A stretch of 63,862 nt of DNA, the filler included, from Chiloscyllium plagiosum (lineage: Eukaryota): NCBI RefSeq assembly GCF_004010195.1. It is 4 parts of one record of this genome, joined end to end, with 100 filler letters (N's around TTAATTAATTAA, not from the genome) between each part and the next. Parts side by side here need not be neighbours in the genome. Positions count along the whole stretch, not along the records: positions 1 to 27,267 come from NC_057716.1; positions 27,368 to 47,241 come from NC_057716.1; 2 more parts are not named here. The stretch is one strand, 5' to 3'. Shown piece after piece: positions 24,979-36,289 of the stretch. The stretch's first letter is position 1. Each line of letters opens with the position of its first letter. A program made the position numbers and the translations under genes. The notes under the pieces were generated by a model. The model ran no database searches, was not told the DNA's origin, and saw only the letters and a list, made by a program, of their open reading frames with translations.

Positions 24979-26463
24979 NNNNNNNNNNNNNNNNNNNNNN
25001 NNNNNNNNNNNNNNNNNNNNNNNNNNNNNNNNNNNNNNNNNNNNNNNNNNNNNNNNNNNNNNNNNNNNNNNNNNNNNNNNNNNNNNNNNNNNNNNNNNNN
25101 NNNNNNNNNNNNNNNNNNNNNNNNNNNNNNNNNNNNNNNNNNNNNNNNNNNNNNNNNNNNNNNNNNNNNNNNNNNNNNNNNNNNNNNNNNNNNNNNNNNN
25201 NNNNNNNNNNNNNNNNNNNNNNNNNNNNNNNNNNNNNNNNNNNNNNNNNNNNNNNNNNNNNNNNNNNNNNNNNNNNNNNNNNNNNNNNNNNNNNNNNNNN
25301 NNNNNNNNNNNNNNNNNNNNNNNNNNNNNNNNNNNNNNNNNNNNNNNNNNNNNNNNNNNNNNNNNNNNNNNNNNNNNNNNNNNNNNNNNNNNNNNNNNNN
25401 NNNNNNNNNNNNNNNNNNNNNNNNNNNNNNNNNNNNNNNNNNNNNNNNNNNNNNNNNNNNNNNNNNNNNNNNNNNNNNNNNNNNNNNNNNNNNNNNNNNN
25501 NNNNNNNNNNNNNNNNNNNNNNNNNNNNNNNNNNNNNNNNNNNNNNNNNNNNNNNNNNNNNNNNNNNNNNNNNNNNNNNNNNNNNNNNNNNNNNNNNNNN
25601 NNNNNNNNNNNNNNNNNNNNNNNNNNNNNNNNNNNNNNNNNNNNNNNNNNNNNNNNNNNNNNNNNNNNNNNNNNNNNNNNNNNNNNNNNNNNNNNNNNNN
25701 NNNNNNNNNNNNNNNNNNNNNNNNNNNNNNNNNNNNNNNNNNNNNNNNNNNNNNNNNNNNNNNNNNNNNNNNNNNNNNNNNNNNNNNNNNNNNNNNNNNN
25801 NNNNNNNNNNNNNNNNNNNNNNNNNNNNNNNNNNNNNNNNNNNNNNNNTGGGAAAGCCAAATCTTAGAGGACTTATACACTTAATGGTAAGGTCCTAGGG
25901 AGTGTTGCTGAACAAAGAGACCTTGAAGTGCAGGTTCATAGCTCCTTTAAAATGGAGTCGCAGGTAGATAGGATAGTGAAGGTGGTGTTTGGTATGCTTT
26001 CCTTTATTGGTCAGAGTATTGAGTACAGGAGTTGGGAGGTCATGTTGCAGCTGTACAGGACATTGGTTAGGCCACTGTTGGAATATTGTGTGGAATTCTC
26101 CTCTAGCTTATCTCTCCATGCTTCAGGCTCACTGCCTTTATTCCTGATGAAGGGCTTTTGCCCAAAACGTCGATTTTGTCTGTCCTCGGATGCTGCCTGA
26201 ACTGCTGTGCTCTTCCAGCACCACTGATCCAGAATCTGGTTTCCAGCACCTGCAGTCATTGTTTTTACCCTGCAGACAGATTGAGCCAGGCTCCAGTCCC
26301 GGACCCCCCTGACTCTATCTCCTGGGGTTGGCTTGGATTCGGGTTTAGAAGCTGTTGACCCAACTGCAGCAGACCTGATCTCATGACAGGATCCTCAAGG
26401 GTGCTGGCTAAGACAATCCCATTGGCAGAGCTTGGCCCACTAACCTGTGCCTTCTCCCTCCAG

Positions 26464-26608
26464 GTGTACACCAGATACGGAAAGTGTTATACCTTCAACG
26501 CAAACAAGACGAATGTCAGGAAAATGAAACAAGGAGGCATGGGGAATGGCCTGGAAATCATGTTGGACATCCAACAGGACGAATACCTGCCAATTTGGCA
26601 GGAAACAG
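26464..26608 (+). CDS. ASIC4: Acid-sensing ion channel 4-like, internal exon (145 nt, phase 0-1)
   Basis: ttctccctccag|[48 protein letters not shown]|gtaggt; VYTR, GGMG and LPIW match ASIC4 rather than ASIC1/2. Confidence 0.92.
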
Positions 26609-27138
26609 GTAGGTGACTCGGAGTCTGGGCACGATCCATTCACCAGGACGTTATTGCAGAGTTCGAGGGAGCTCCCCTCCACCAGATGTGGGGGAGTGGG
26701 GTGCTCAGGGGGAGCAGACAGAGGCTGAGAGAGCAGGGCCCTCACACCCCAACACATTCAATTGAAACCTTTCACACTCAGGACAGGAAGCAACGGCCAA
26801 CCAGAGAGTATCACCATAACCCAGGGACTGACAGAAAGACACTGTGACGGCGATAATGGAGCTCAGAAAAAGGCAGAGCAGGCCCACCACACAAACCAGA
26901 CAGACGGATGGACTCGAAGGGGACTGCCACGTGGGGTATCAGGTGACAATGTAGTTCCAGGTAATGGGGCACAAGTGTAGATCATCCAATGAGGATCAGA
27001 GAATGGGGCACAAACACACGGGGATACATCATCGAATACAGACCCATTCACAGCAAAACACAAAACCGAGCCAAACCGACATCAAATACAAACATCCCAG
27101 AGATCACGCAGAACACAGAAAAACATCAGAACATGTCA

Positions 27139-28009
27139 CCCAGTGAGAGTCAGTGTGTGGGACTGTACCCCAGTGAGGGTCAGTGTGTGTGGGAGTATAC
27201 CCCAGTGAGGGTCAGTGTGTGTGGGAGTGTACCCCAGTGAGAGTCAGTGTGTGTGGGAGTGTACCCCNNNNNNNNNNNNNNNNNNNNNNNNNNNNNNNNN
27301 NNNNNNNNNNNTTAATTAATTAANNNNNNNNNNNNNNNNNNNNNNNNNNNNNNNNNNNNNNNNNNNNGTGTGTGTGGGAGTGTACCCCAGTGAGAGTCAG
27401 TGTGTGTGGGACTGTACCCCAGTGAGGGTCAGTGTGTGTGGGACTGTACCCCAGTGAGGGTCAGTGTGTGTGGGACTGTACCCCAGTGAGGGTCAGTGTG
27501 TGTGGGACTGTACCCCAGTGAGGGTCAGTGTGTGTGGGACTGTACCCCAGTGAGGGTCAGTGTGTGTGGGAGTGTACCCCAGTTAGGGTCAGTGTGTGTG
27601 GGAAAATACCCCAGTGAGAGTCAGTGTATGTGGGACTGTACCCCAGTGAGAGTCAGTGTGTGTGGGAGTGTACCCCAGTGAGAGTCAGTGTGTGTGGGAC
27701 TGTACCACAGTGAGAGTCAGTGTCTGTAGGAGTGTACCCCAGTGAGGGTCAGTGTGTGTGGGACTGTACCCCAGTGAGGGTCAGTGTGGGTGGGAGTGTA
27801 CCCCAGTGAGAGTCAGTGTGTGTGGGAGTGTACCCCAGTGGGAGTCAGTGTGTTTAGGACTGTACCCCAGTGACGGTCAGTGTGTGTGTGGGAGTGTACC
27901 CCAGTGAGAGTCAGTGTGTGTGGGACTGTACCCCAGTGAGGGTCACAGTGAGGGTCAGTGTGTGTGGGAGTGTACCCCAGTGAGAGTCAGTGTGTGTGGG
28001 AATGTACCC
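27139..28009 (+). repeat. 32-bp minisatellite (CCCCAGTGAGGGTCAGTGTGTGTGGGACTGTA)n in an ASIC4 intron
   Basis: More than 20 visible tandem units; inverted arrays at 44172-44825 and 45250-45460. Confidence 0.95.
27312..27323. other. Artificial scaffold linker TTAATTAATTAA inside a 100-nt N gap (also 47286-47297 and 59586-59597)
   Basis: Identical all-frame-stop 12-mer centred in three equal-length gaps. Confidence 0.9.
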
Positions 28010-28063
28010 CGGTTGGTTTGGGGAGAGTTCCAGGGCCTGATGTTGTCGTTGTGTCTGTTTCAG

Positions 28064-28191
28064 ATGAAACCTCCTTCGAGGCGGGTATCCGGGTACAGAT
28101 CCACAGTCCAAGTGAGCCACCCTACATCCATCAGCTGGGGTTTGGAGTGCCCCCGGGATTCCAGACCTTCGTGTCCTGTCAGGAACAAAGG
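28064..28191 (+). CDS. ASIC4: ASIC4-like internal exon (128 nt, phase 1-0)
   Basis: gtttcag|(D)[42 protein letters not shown]|gt; in frame with both neighbouring exons. Confidence 0.93.
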
Positions 28192-28664
28192 GTATTTCTA
28201 ACAATATCATGGAATGGTCACAGTGCTGAGGCCGATAGGCCTATTATCTCTGTGCTGGCTCATAGTGTCAAGCATTCACTCGCTGGTACTGTCCCACCTT
28301 TGAGCTGTAACCCTGCAGTTTGAGCCTTTTTAATTCACCATCCCTTTCCCATTCCCATCCCCGAGTGAACCTGCCTTGGCCACACTCTCAGACAGAGGAT
28401 CCCAGACCTTTCCCACCAAGGGAGGAATTTTCCTCCTGTCACTTTCCCACTAAATCTGTGTCCTTGATCCTTCCCAAAAATGGGAATACTATCCGTGATT
28501 CTCTGTTCTCTCCTCTTAGACTTTCTCCTAGAGTTCCCCAGCCACATCTATAGTTCACCAATCTGCCTTCCGGAATTCCTAATCTCTGGATTGTTTCCGG
28601 TCAGTCTCCTGGGAATGCCTTTCAATCTTCATTCCAACAGTTCCTGAAGCATTGTGCAGTAACC

Positions 28665-28992
28665 GACAGTGTAGAGGGAGCTTTACTCTGTATGTAACCC
28701 CGTGCTGTCCCTGTCCTGGGAGTGTTTGATGGGGGCACAGTGTAGAGGGAGCTTTACTCTGTATGTAACCCCATGCTGTCCCTGTCCTGGGGGTGTTTAA
28801 TGGGGGGACAGTGTAGAGGGAGCTTTACTCTGTATCTAACCCCGTGCTGTCCCTGTCCCTGGGAGTGTTTGATGGGGACAGTGTAGAGGGAGCTTTACTC
28901 TGTATCTAATCCCGGGCTGTCCCTGTCCTGTGAGTGTTTGATGGGGGGACAGTGTAGAGGGAGCTTTACTCTGTATCTAACCCCGTGCTGTC
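28665..28992 (+). repeat. Tandem repeat of about 70 bp (ACAGTGTAGAGGGAGCTTTACTCTGTATCTAACCCCGTGCTGTCCCTGTCCTGGGAGTGTTTGATGGGG)
   Basis: About 4.5 units; inverted array at 54220-54701. Confidence 0.92.
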
Positions 28993-29011
28993 TATGTGGG
29001 TGTGTCTGTAG

Positions 29012-29165
29012 CTGACCTATCTGCCTCCCCCCTGGGGTGAATGTCGCTCTGACCTGAAGACGGATCTCCCTGGCTATCAGGATTACAGTCTGACCGCGTG
29101 CCGAATCCAGTGTGAGAAGGAAGCTGTCCTGAGGGAGTGTCACTGCCGCATGGTGCACATGCCAG
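29012..29165 (+). CDS. ASIC4: ASIC4-like internal exon (154 nt, phase 0-1), Cys-rich thumb domain; not in the supplied ORF track
   Basis: ctgtag|LTYLPPPWGECRSDLKTDLPGYQDYSLTACRIQCEKEAVLRECHCRMVHMP|gtgggt; CEKEAVL..CHCRMVHMPG is ASIC4-like. Confidence 0.93.
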
Positions 29166-29604
29166 GTGGGTATATACCCCAGTCAGGGTACAGGGGGAGA
29201 GCACCGTGGTGGTGCCAGCGTGCTCAATGAGTGGGAAGCGAAGAGATACTCAGGGAGGGAGGAGGTTTATTGGATGGAGGGGTGGCTGGGCATTTATTAC
29301 CCATCCCTAATTGCTCAGAGGGCAGTTAAGAGTCAACCACGTCATTGTGGGTCTGGAGTCACGTGTAGGCCAGACCAGGTAAGGATAGCAGTTTCCTTCC
29401 TGAAGGACAGTAGTGACCCAGGTGGGTTTTTTCTGACAATCACCAATGGATTCGTGGTCATGATTAAACCCTCAGTGCCAGATTTGTATTGGATTCACAT
29501 TCCACCAGCTGCCGCAGTGGGATTGATACCTGGGTTCCCAGAGCGTGAGCTGGATCTCTGCATTAACAGTGCAGTGATCATACCCACAAGGCCATCACCT
29601 CCTC

Positions 29605-29895
29605 TTAGGGCCAGGGGTATTTAGGATCAGGGCGTATTTAGGGTTGGAGTTATTTAGGATTGTGGATATTTAGTGTCAAGGGGTATTTAGGGTCAGAGTT
29701 ATTTAGGGTCTGGGATATTTAGTGTCACAGAGTATTTAGGATCAGGGGTATTTTGGGTCAGGGGGTATTTAGGGTCAGGAGCTGTTTAGGGTCAGGGATA
29801 TTTAGGGTGAGGGGCATTTAGGGTCAGGGCATTTAGGGTCTGGTGTGTTTTAGGTCAGGAGGTATTTAGGGCTGGGGTACTTAGGGTCAGGGTGT
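29605..29895 (+). repeat. Degenerate G-rich repeat of about 17 bp (GGGTATTTAGGGTCA) containing TTAGGG
   Basis: Many imperfect tandem units visible. Confidence 0.75.
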
Positions 29896-29934
29896 TTTGG
29901 ATTAGGAGGGTGTGTTGGGATGGGATGAGTCCCA

Positions 29935-30945
29935 GGTGGACAGGGCAGTGAGGAAGGCTTTGACACACTGGCCTTCATCAGTCATGGCACTGAATATAGA
30001 AGTTGGGAAGTTATGTTGCAGTTATACAGGACGTTGGTGAGGCCGCACTCAGAGTATTGTGTTCAGTTTTGGTCACCTTGCTACAGGAAGGATGTTATTA
30101 AACTGGAAAGAGTGTGGAAGAAATTTACAAGGATGTTACCAGGACTCAAGGGCCTGAGTTATTGGGAGAGGGTGAACAATCTAGGACATTTTTCTGTAGA
30201 GAGTAGGAGACTGAGGGGGGAATGTTATAGAGGTGTATAAGACCATGAGAGGCATGGATAGGGTGAATGCACTCAGTCTTTTCCCCAGGGTTGGGGAATC
30301 GCGGACNNNNNNNNNNNNNNNNNNNNNNNNNNNNNNNNNNNNNNNNNNNNNNNNNNNNNNNNNNNNNNNNNNNNNNNNNNNNNNNNNNNNNNNNNNNNNN
30401 NNNNNNNNNNNNNNNNNNNNNNNNNNNNNNNNNNNNNNNNNNNNNNNNNNNNNNNNNNNNNNNNNNNNNNNNNNNNNNNNNNNNNNNNNNNNNNNNNNNN
30501 NNNNNNNNNNNNNNNNNNNNNNNNNNNNNNNNNNNNNNNNNNNNNNNNNNNNNNNNNNNNNNNNNNNNNNNNNNNNNTACTTAGAAAAAGGCTCTCCCTG
30601 TCCACCCTATCTAACCCTCTGATTATCTTGTGTATCTCAATTAAGTCACCTCTCAACCTTCTTCTCTCTAACGAGAACAGCCTCAAGGCCCTCAGCCTTT
30701 CCTCGTAAGACCTTCCCTCCATACCAGGCAACATCCGAGTAAATCTCCTCTGCACCCTTTCCAAAACTTCCACATCCTTCTTATAATGCGGTGGCCAGAA
30801 CTGTACACAATCCTCCAAGTGCGGCCACACCAGAGTTTTGTACAGCTGCAGCATTATCTCATGGCTCCGGAACTCGGTCCCTCCATTAATAAAGGCCAAA
30901 ACACTGTGTGTCTTCTTAACAACCCTATCAACCTGGGTGGCAACC
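29935..30945. mobile_element. Two CR1 3' fragments in opposite orientation across a gap (29935-30306 on +, 30578-30945 on -)
   Basis: 'MLQLYRTLVRPHSEYCVQFWSP' and 'LERVQRRFTRMLPG..RRRLRGDLIE'. Confidence 0.85.
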
Positions 30946-31444
30946 AATACATGGATAGGAAAGGATTAGAAGGATATGGGCCAACTGCAGGGAAATAGGG
31001 TTAGAGTGGATGGGTATTTTGGTCGGCATGGACCAGTTTGGGGAGAAGGGCCTATCTCCGTGCTGTAGGGGTCTGGGACTGTACAAGCTGTGAAGGGAGG
31101 GTGTCTGTTAGAAAGCTGCGAGTTCCTCTGAGCTGTGCACAGTCAGTGAGGGAACAGGAAGCGGAGATCTCTGGCGGTGGGGAATGGTGAGGGGATGTGT
31201 TTTGCCTGAGGTTTGAAATGTGAGAGTTAGCTGGGTTTATGTTTGTATCACTGCTGCAGGTACTGAGGCAGTCTGTAACCCGGAGCAGTACATGGAGTGT
31301 GCTGACAGGATCCTGGGTAAGTGACTTCAAACTGAACTAACACTGACTCATCGGATCAACAATGGGAGGCCATTCAGTCCAGCAGGGCCGTGCTATCACT
31401 CTGAGGGACAATTCGATTAATCCCCACAGCCTGACAGACTTGCC

Positions 31445-31479
<35 letters not shown>

Positions 31480-31556
31480 CCCCCTCCTCTCTCCTCGAGA
31501 GTGTTCCCCATGCAGCAACAGGCCAGGCCAGGATACAGTGTTCAGGTGGTCAGGTC

Positions 31557-31588
<32 letters not shown>

Positions 31589-33719
31589 CCCTCAATCACT
31601 CCCCCCTTCAAACTCTCACCACCCTCCGCCCAACATTAACATTGCCTTCCCTCCTCTGACCCCTCTCATTGACAAATACACTCATTCTCACTNNNNNNNN
31701 NNNNNNNNNNNNNNNNNNNNNNNNNNNNNNNNNNNNNNNNNNNNNNNNNNNNNNNNNNNNNNNNNNNNNNNNNNNNNNNNNNNNNNNNNNNNNNNNNNNN
31801 NNNNNNNNNNNNNNNNNNNNNNNNNNNNNNNNNNNNNNNNNNNNNNNNNNNNNNNNNNNNNNNNNNNNNNNNNNNNNNNNNNNNNNNNNNNNNNNNNNNN
31901 NNNNNNNNNNNNNNNNNNNNNNNNNNNNNNNNNNNNNNNNNNNNNNNNNNNNNNNNNNNNNNNNNNNNNNNNNNNNNNNNNNNNNNNNNNNNNNNNNNNN
32001 NNNNNNNNNNNNNNNNNNNNNNNNNNNNNNNNNNNNNNNNNTCACCCTCAGCCTGCACCCTCACACCCCTCACCCCCTCACACCCCTCACACCCTCACAC
32101 TCACCCCCTGACTCTGAGTCCCTCACCTGCTTTCCTCCACTCCCTCATCTCCTCATGCACCCCCACCCCCACCCTCAGCCTCTTGCTGTCTCGGAGGGAT
32201 TTTGTGATTTACGTCCACTTCCCCGAATTGCAGCTGGTGCTGGAATGTGGAGATGGGGCGTGTCGCCCTCACCCCCACAACCTGTTTCTGGAACATTCTC
32301 TCTGGAGAAGCTGGGAACTGAATCCCAGCCAGATACATGAGGCTCCAGTGTGGCTCCCTCCTGTTGGAACTGATACCTTACCTCCACCTCCTCTCCTCCT
32401 CCTCTCCCTGATCTCCCTCGATCTGTGATCCACTGGGATCCTGCTGGCCTTGGAGCCAAACGCTCGGTGACATTAAACAACTCTCCCTTTAAATTGCCCC
32501 TTTAACCCTCTCCCCCCGAAGGAGAGCAGTCCCAGAGTCTCCAGTCTCTCCACATTCACTGACCTCCCTCATCTGGGTCCCATTCGAGTGAATCTCCTCC
32601 ACACGCTCCCCAAGACCCAGACATACCCCCAAAGGTGTGAGGCGCAGGAATCGAAGGGTTGAGATTTCATTCTGACAGTTGGAAGAGGGACTGCTGTCAG
32701 CTTTGTGAGCCTGACTGGGGAGGGAGCTCCCTCAGAGGCTGGTCCCACCACCCTCAGGGACTGGCGTAGGGCTGGAGAAATGGACCTCCTCAGCTCTCGG
32801 GGATGTCACTCCAGCTGTTTGATTTCAGATGGGGCCCTCAGCCCATCGGCCTGGCACTGGGAGACAGCAGTAACTTCTCTTGGTGAGTCATGTTTTCAAA
32901 GTAATCCCCACTGTACACCATGGCTGCTGAACCCCCACAGAGACCAGGAGCCACAAGTCCTCTGACCTCTGCCACAGGGAATGGAATTCCTCAACATTAC
33001 AGATACCCAGCCCCATTACAGCATTGGCTTTCCCCAGAGGACCCACCAGACACAGAATCACCTCCTGGAATGGTAGTCAATTCCACACGTTCAAAACTCC
33101 AAGAATTCCAGAGGGGAGGGGAGAGGCACAGCCCTTGACATCAAGGCTGCATTCGACCGAGTGTGGCATCACGGAGCCCTGGCTAAACTGGGATCAGTGG
33201 GTATCAGGGGGAAAACTCTCTGCTGGTTAGAGTCATACCTGGCACAGAGGAAGATGGTTGTGGTTGTTGGAGGGTCAGTCATCTCAGCTCCAGGACATCT
33301 CTGCAGGAGTCCCTCAGGGGAGTGTCCTAGACCCAACCATCTTCAGCTGCTTCATCAATGACCTTCCCTCCATCAGAAGGTCAGAAGTGGGGATGGTCCC
33401 CGATGATTATACAATGTTCAGCACCATTCACCACTCCTCAGGTACTGGAGCAGTCCATGTTCAAATGCAGCAAGATCTGGACAATATCCAGGTTTGATCT
33501 AAAAAGAGAACGAGATGGAAGACAGTTCATTATAGGCCAGTTAGCTTCACATTTGTTTTAGGGAAAATGTTAGACTCTATTCTAATGGATGTAATATCAG
33601 AACATTTATAAATATATAAGGTGATCAAGCAAATCAGCAGAGCTCTATGAAGGGGAAATAATAAGACCATGTGAACATAAGATATAGGAACAGAATTAGA
33701 CTATTCGGCCCATCAAGCA

Positions 33720-35700
33720 GGGGGATGGGAACCTAAATTGTAGTTGGAGTATACAGGAGGTTGAGACGAGTGAGGTCAGAAGTAGGATTTCAAGGTCACA
33801 AGAAGGCACTGGCAAGCAAGACGTTGGTCTGAAATGTGAGTACTTCAACACCAGGAGCATCCGGAATAAGGTGGGTGATGTTGCAGCATGGGTTGGTACG
33901 GGACTTCGATGTTGTGGCCATTTCAGAAACATGGCGAGAGGAGTCCCAGGAATGGTTGTTTCATAAGTTCAGAGAGGATGGTAAAAGAGGGAGTGGTATG
34001 GTTTTGTTATTCAAGGACAGTATTACGGTGGCAGAAAGGACATTTGAGGACCCGTCTACTGAGGTAGTATGGGCTGAGGTTAGAAACAGGAAAGGAGAGG
34101 TCACCCTGTTGGGAGTTTTCTATAGGCCTCTGAATAGTTCCAGAGATGTAGAGGAAAGGATAGCAAAGATGATTCTGGATAGGAGCACGAGAAACAGGGT
34201 AGTTGTTATGGAGGACTTTAACTTTCCAAATATTGACTGGAAATACTATAGTACGTGTACTATAGATGGGTCAGTTTTTGTCCAATGTGCACAGAAGGGT
34301 TTCCTGACACAGTATGTAAACAGGCCAACAAGGGCAAGGCCACATTGGATTTGGTACTGGGTAATGAGCTGACCAGGTGTTAGATTTGGAGGGAGGTGAG
34401 CACTTTGCTGAAAGTGACCACAATTCAGCTATGTTTACTTTAGTGTTGGAAAGAGGTAGGTATATACCGCAGGGCAACAGTTACAGCTGGGGGATTGAGA
34501 ATTACAGGTTAGTCAGGAAGAACCTAAAGTGAGAGCTAACAAGAGCCAGGAGGGGACATGAAAAATTGTTGATGGATAGGATCAAGAAAAACCCTAAGGA
34601 TTTCTGTAGGTATATCAGGAATAAAAGAATGATGAGAGTAAGGTTACGGTCAAGCAAAGACAGTAGAGGGAAGTTATGTGTGGAGTCCAAGGAGATAGGG
34701 GAAGTGCTAAATAAATATTTTTTGTTAGTATTCACACTGGAAAATGACAATGTTGTTGAGGAGAATACTGAGATACAGGCCACTCGACGTTAGCAAGGAG
34801 GAGGTGTCAGCAATTCTGGAAAGTGTGAGAATAGATAAGTCCCCTGGGCTGGGTGGGATTTATCCTCAGATTCTCTGGGCAGTCAGGGAGGAGATTGCAG
34901 AGCCTTTGGCTTTGATCTTTACGTTGTGTAAAGGAATAATGCCAGAAGTCTGGAGGATAGCAAATGTTGTCCCCTTGTTCAAGAAGGGGAGTAGAGACAA
35001 CTCTGGTAATTATAGACCAGTGAGCCTTACTTTAGTTGTGGGTATACTGTTGGAAATGGTTATGAGAGATAGGATTTATAATCATCTAGAGAGGAATAAG
35101 TCGGTTGGGGTAGTCAACACGGTTTTGTGAAGGGTAGGTCGTGCCTCACAAACCTTATTGAGTTCTTTGAGAAGGTGACCAAACAGGTGGATGAAGGTAA
35201 AGCCGTTGATGTGGTGTATATGGATTTCAGTAAGGTGTTTGATACGGTTCTCCACGTTAGGCTATTGCACAAAATACAGAGGCATGGGATTGAGGGTGAT
35301 TATTGGAAGGCTGTTCTCGTTAGAGAGAAGAAGGTTGAGAGGTGACTTAATAGAGACATATAAGATAATCAGAGGGTTAGATAGGGTGGACAGGGAGAGC
35401 CTTTTTCCTCAGATGGTGATGGCTAGCATGAGGGGACATAGCTTTAAATTGAGGGGTGATAGATATAGGACAAATGTCAGAGGTAGTTTCTTTACTCAGA
35501 GAATAGTAGAGGCAAGGAACACACTGCCTGCCACAGTAGTAGACTCACCAACTTTAAGGGCATTTAAATGGTCATTGGATAAATATATGGATGAGAATGG
35601 AATAGCGTAGGATAGATGGGCTTCAGATTGGTTCCACAAGTCAGTGCAACATCGAGGGCCGAAGGGCCTGTACTGCGCTGGAATGTTCTAGGTTCTAAGT
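33720..35700 (+). mobile_element. Decayed CR1 LINE ORF2 (endonuclease, RT, 3' end) with internal deletions
   Basis: 'DVVAISETW', 'GVFYRP', 'DFNFPNIDW', 'NYRPVSLT', 'DVVYMDFSKVFD', 'FFTQR'. Confidence 0.9.
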
Positions 35701-36289
35701 CTGCTCTGCCATTCAATCATGGTTGATATGTTTCTCAACTCAATGACCTTGGCCTCCACAGCCCTCTGCAGCAATGAGTCCCACAGAGTCCCCCACCCTC
35801 TGCATGAAGAAATTCCTCCCCATCTTAAGAGTTGTCCCTTCACTTTGAGGTTGTACCCTCAGATCCTAGTCTCACCTACTGGCAGAAACATCTTCACATC
35901 GACTGTACTCTGGCCTCTCAGTACAGTATTCTGTATGCTTCAGTTAGATCCCTCTCATCCTCCTATACTGTATCGAGTACAGACCCAGAGTCTTCAGCTG
36001 CTCCTCATACAACAAGCCCTTCATCCCCAGGATCATTCCTGTAAACCCCCCCCGGACTCCCTCCATCACCAGCACACCATAGATACAGGGCCCAAAACTG
36101 CTCTCAATGTTCCAAATGCAGTCTGATTTGAGCCTTATACAATCTCAACAGTACATCTCTGCTCTTGTACTCTAGCCCTATTGACGTGAATGTTAACATT
36201 GCATTTGTCTTCCTAACTACCAACAGAACTGTATGTTAACCTTAAGAGAATCCTGAACTCGGAACTCCAAATCCATTTATGTCTCAGAT

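Noticed and set aside
24805..25898. Long ORFs of more than 300 aa in the track (similar cases at 13236, 31362, 37754, 39362, 55466)
   Set aside because: Their length comes from N-runs or GA microsatellite
27312..27323. Palindromic TTAATTAATTAA recurring three times
   Set aside because: Always centred in 100-nt N gaps; a scaffolding linker, not biology
27139..28009. Regular 32-bp repeats resembling a CRISPR array
   Set aside because: Head-to-tail units with no unique spacers, no cas genes, and located in a vertebrate intron: a minisatellite
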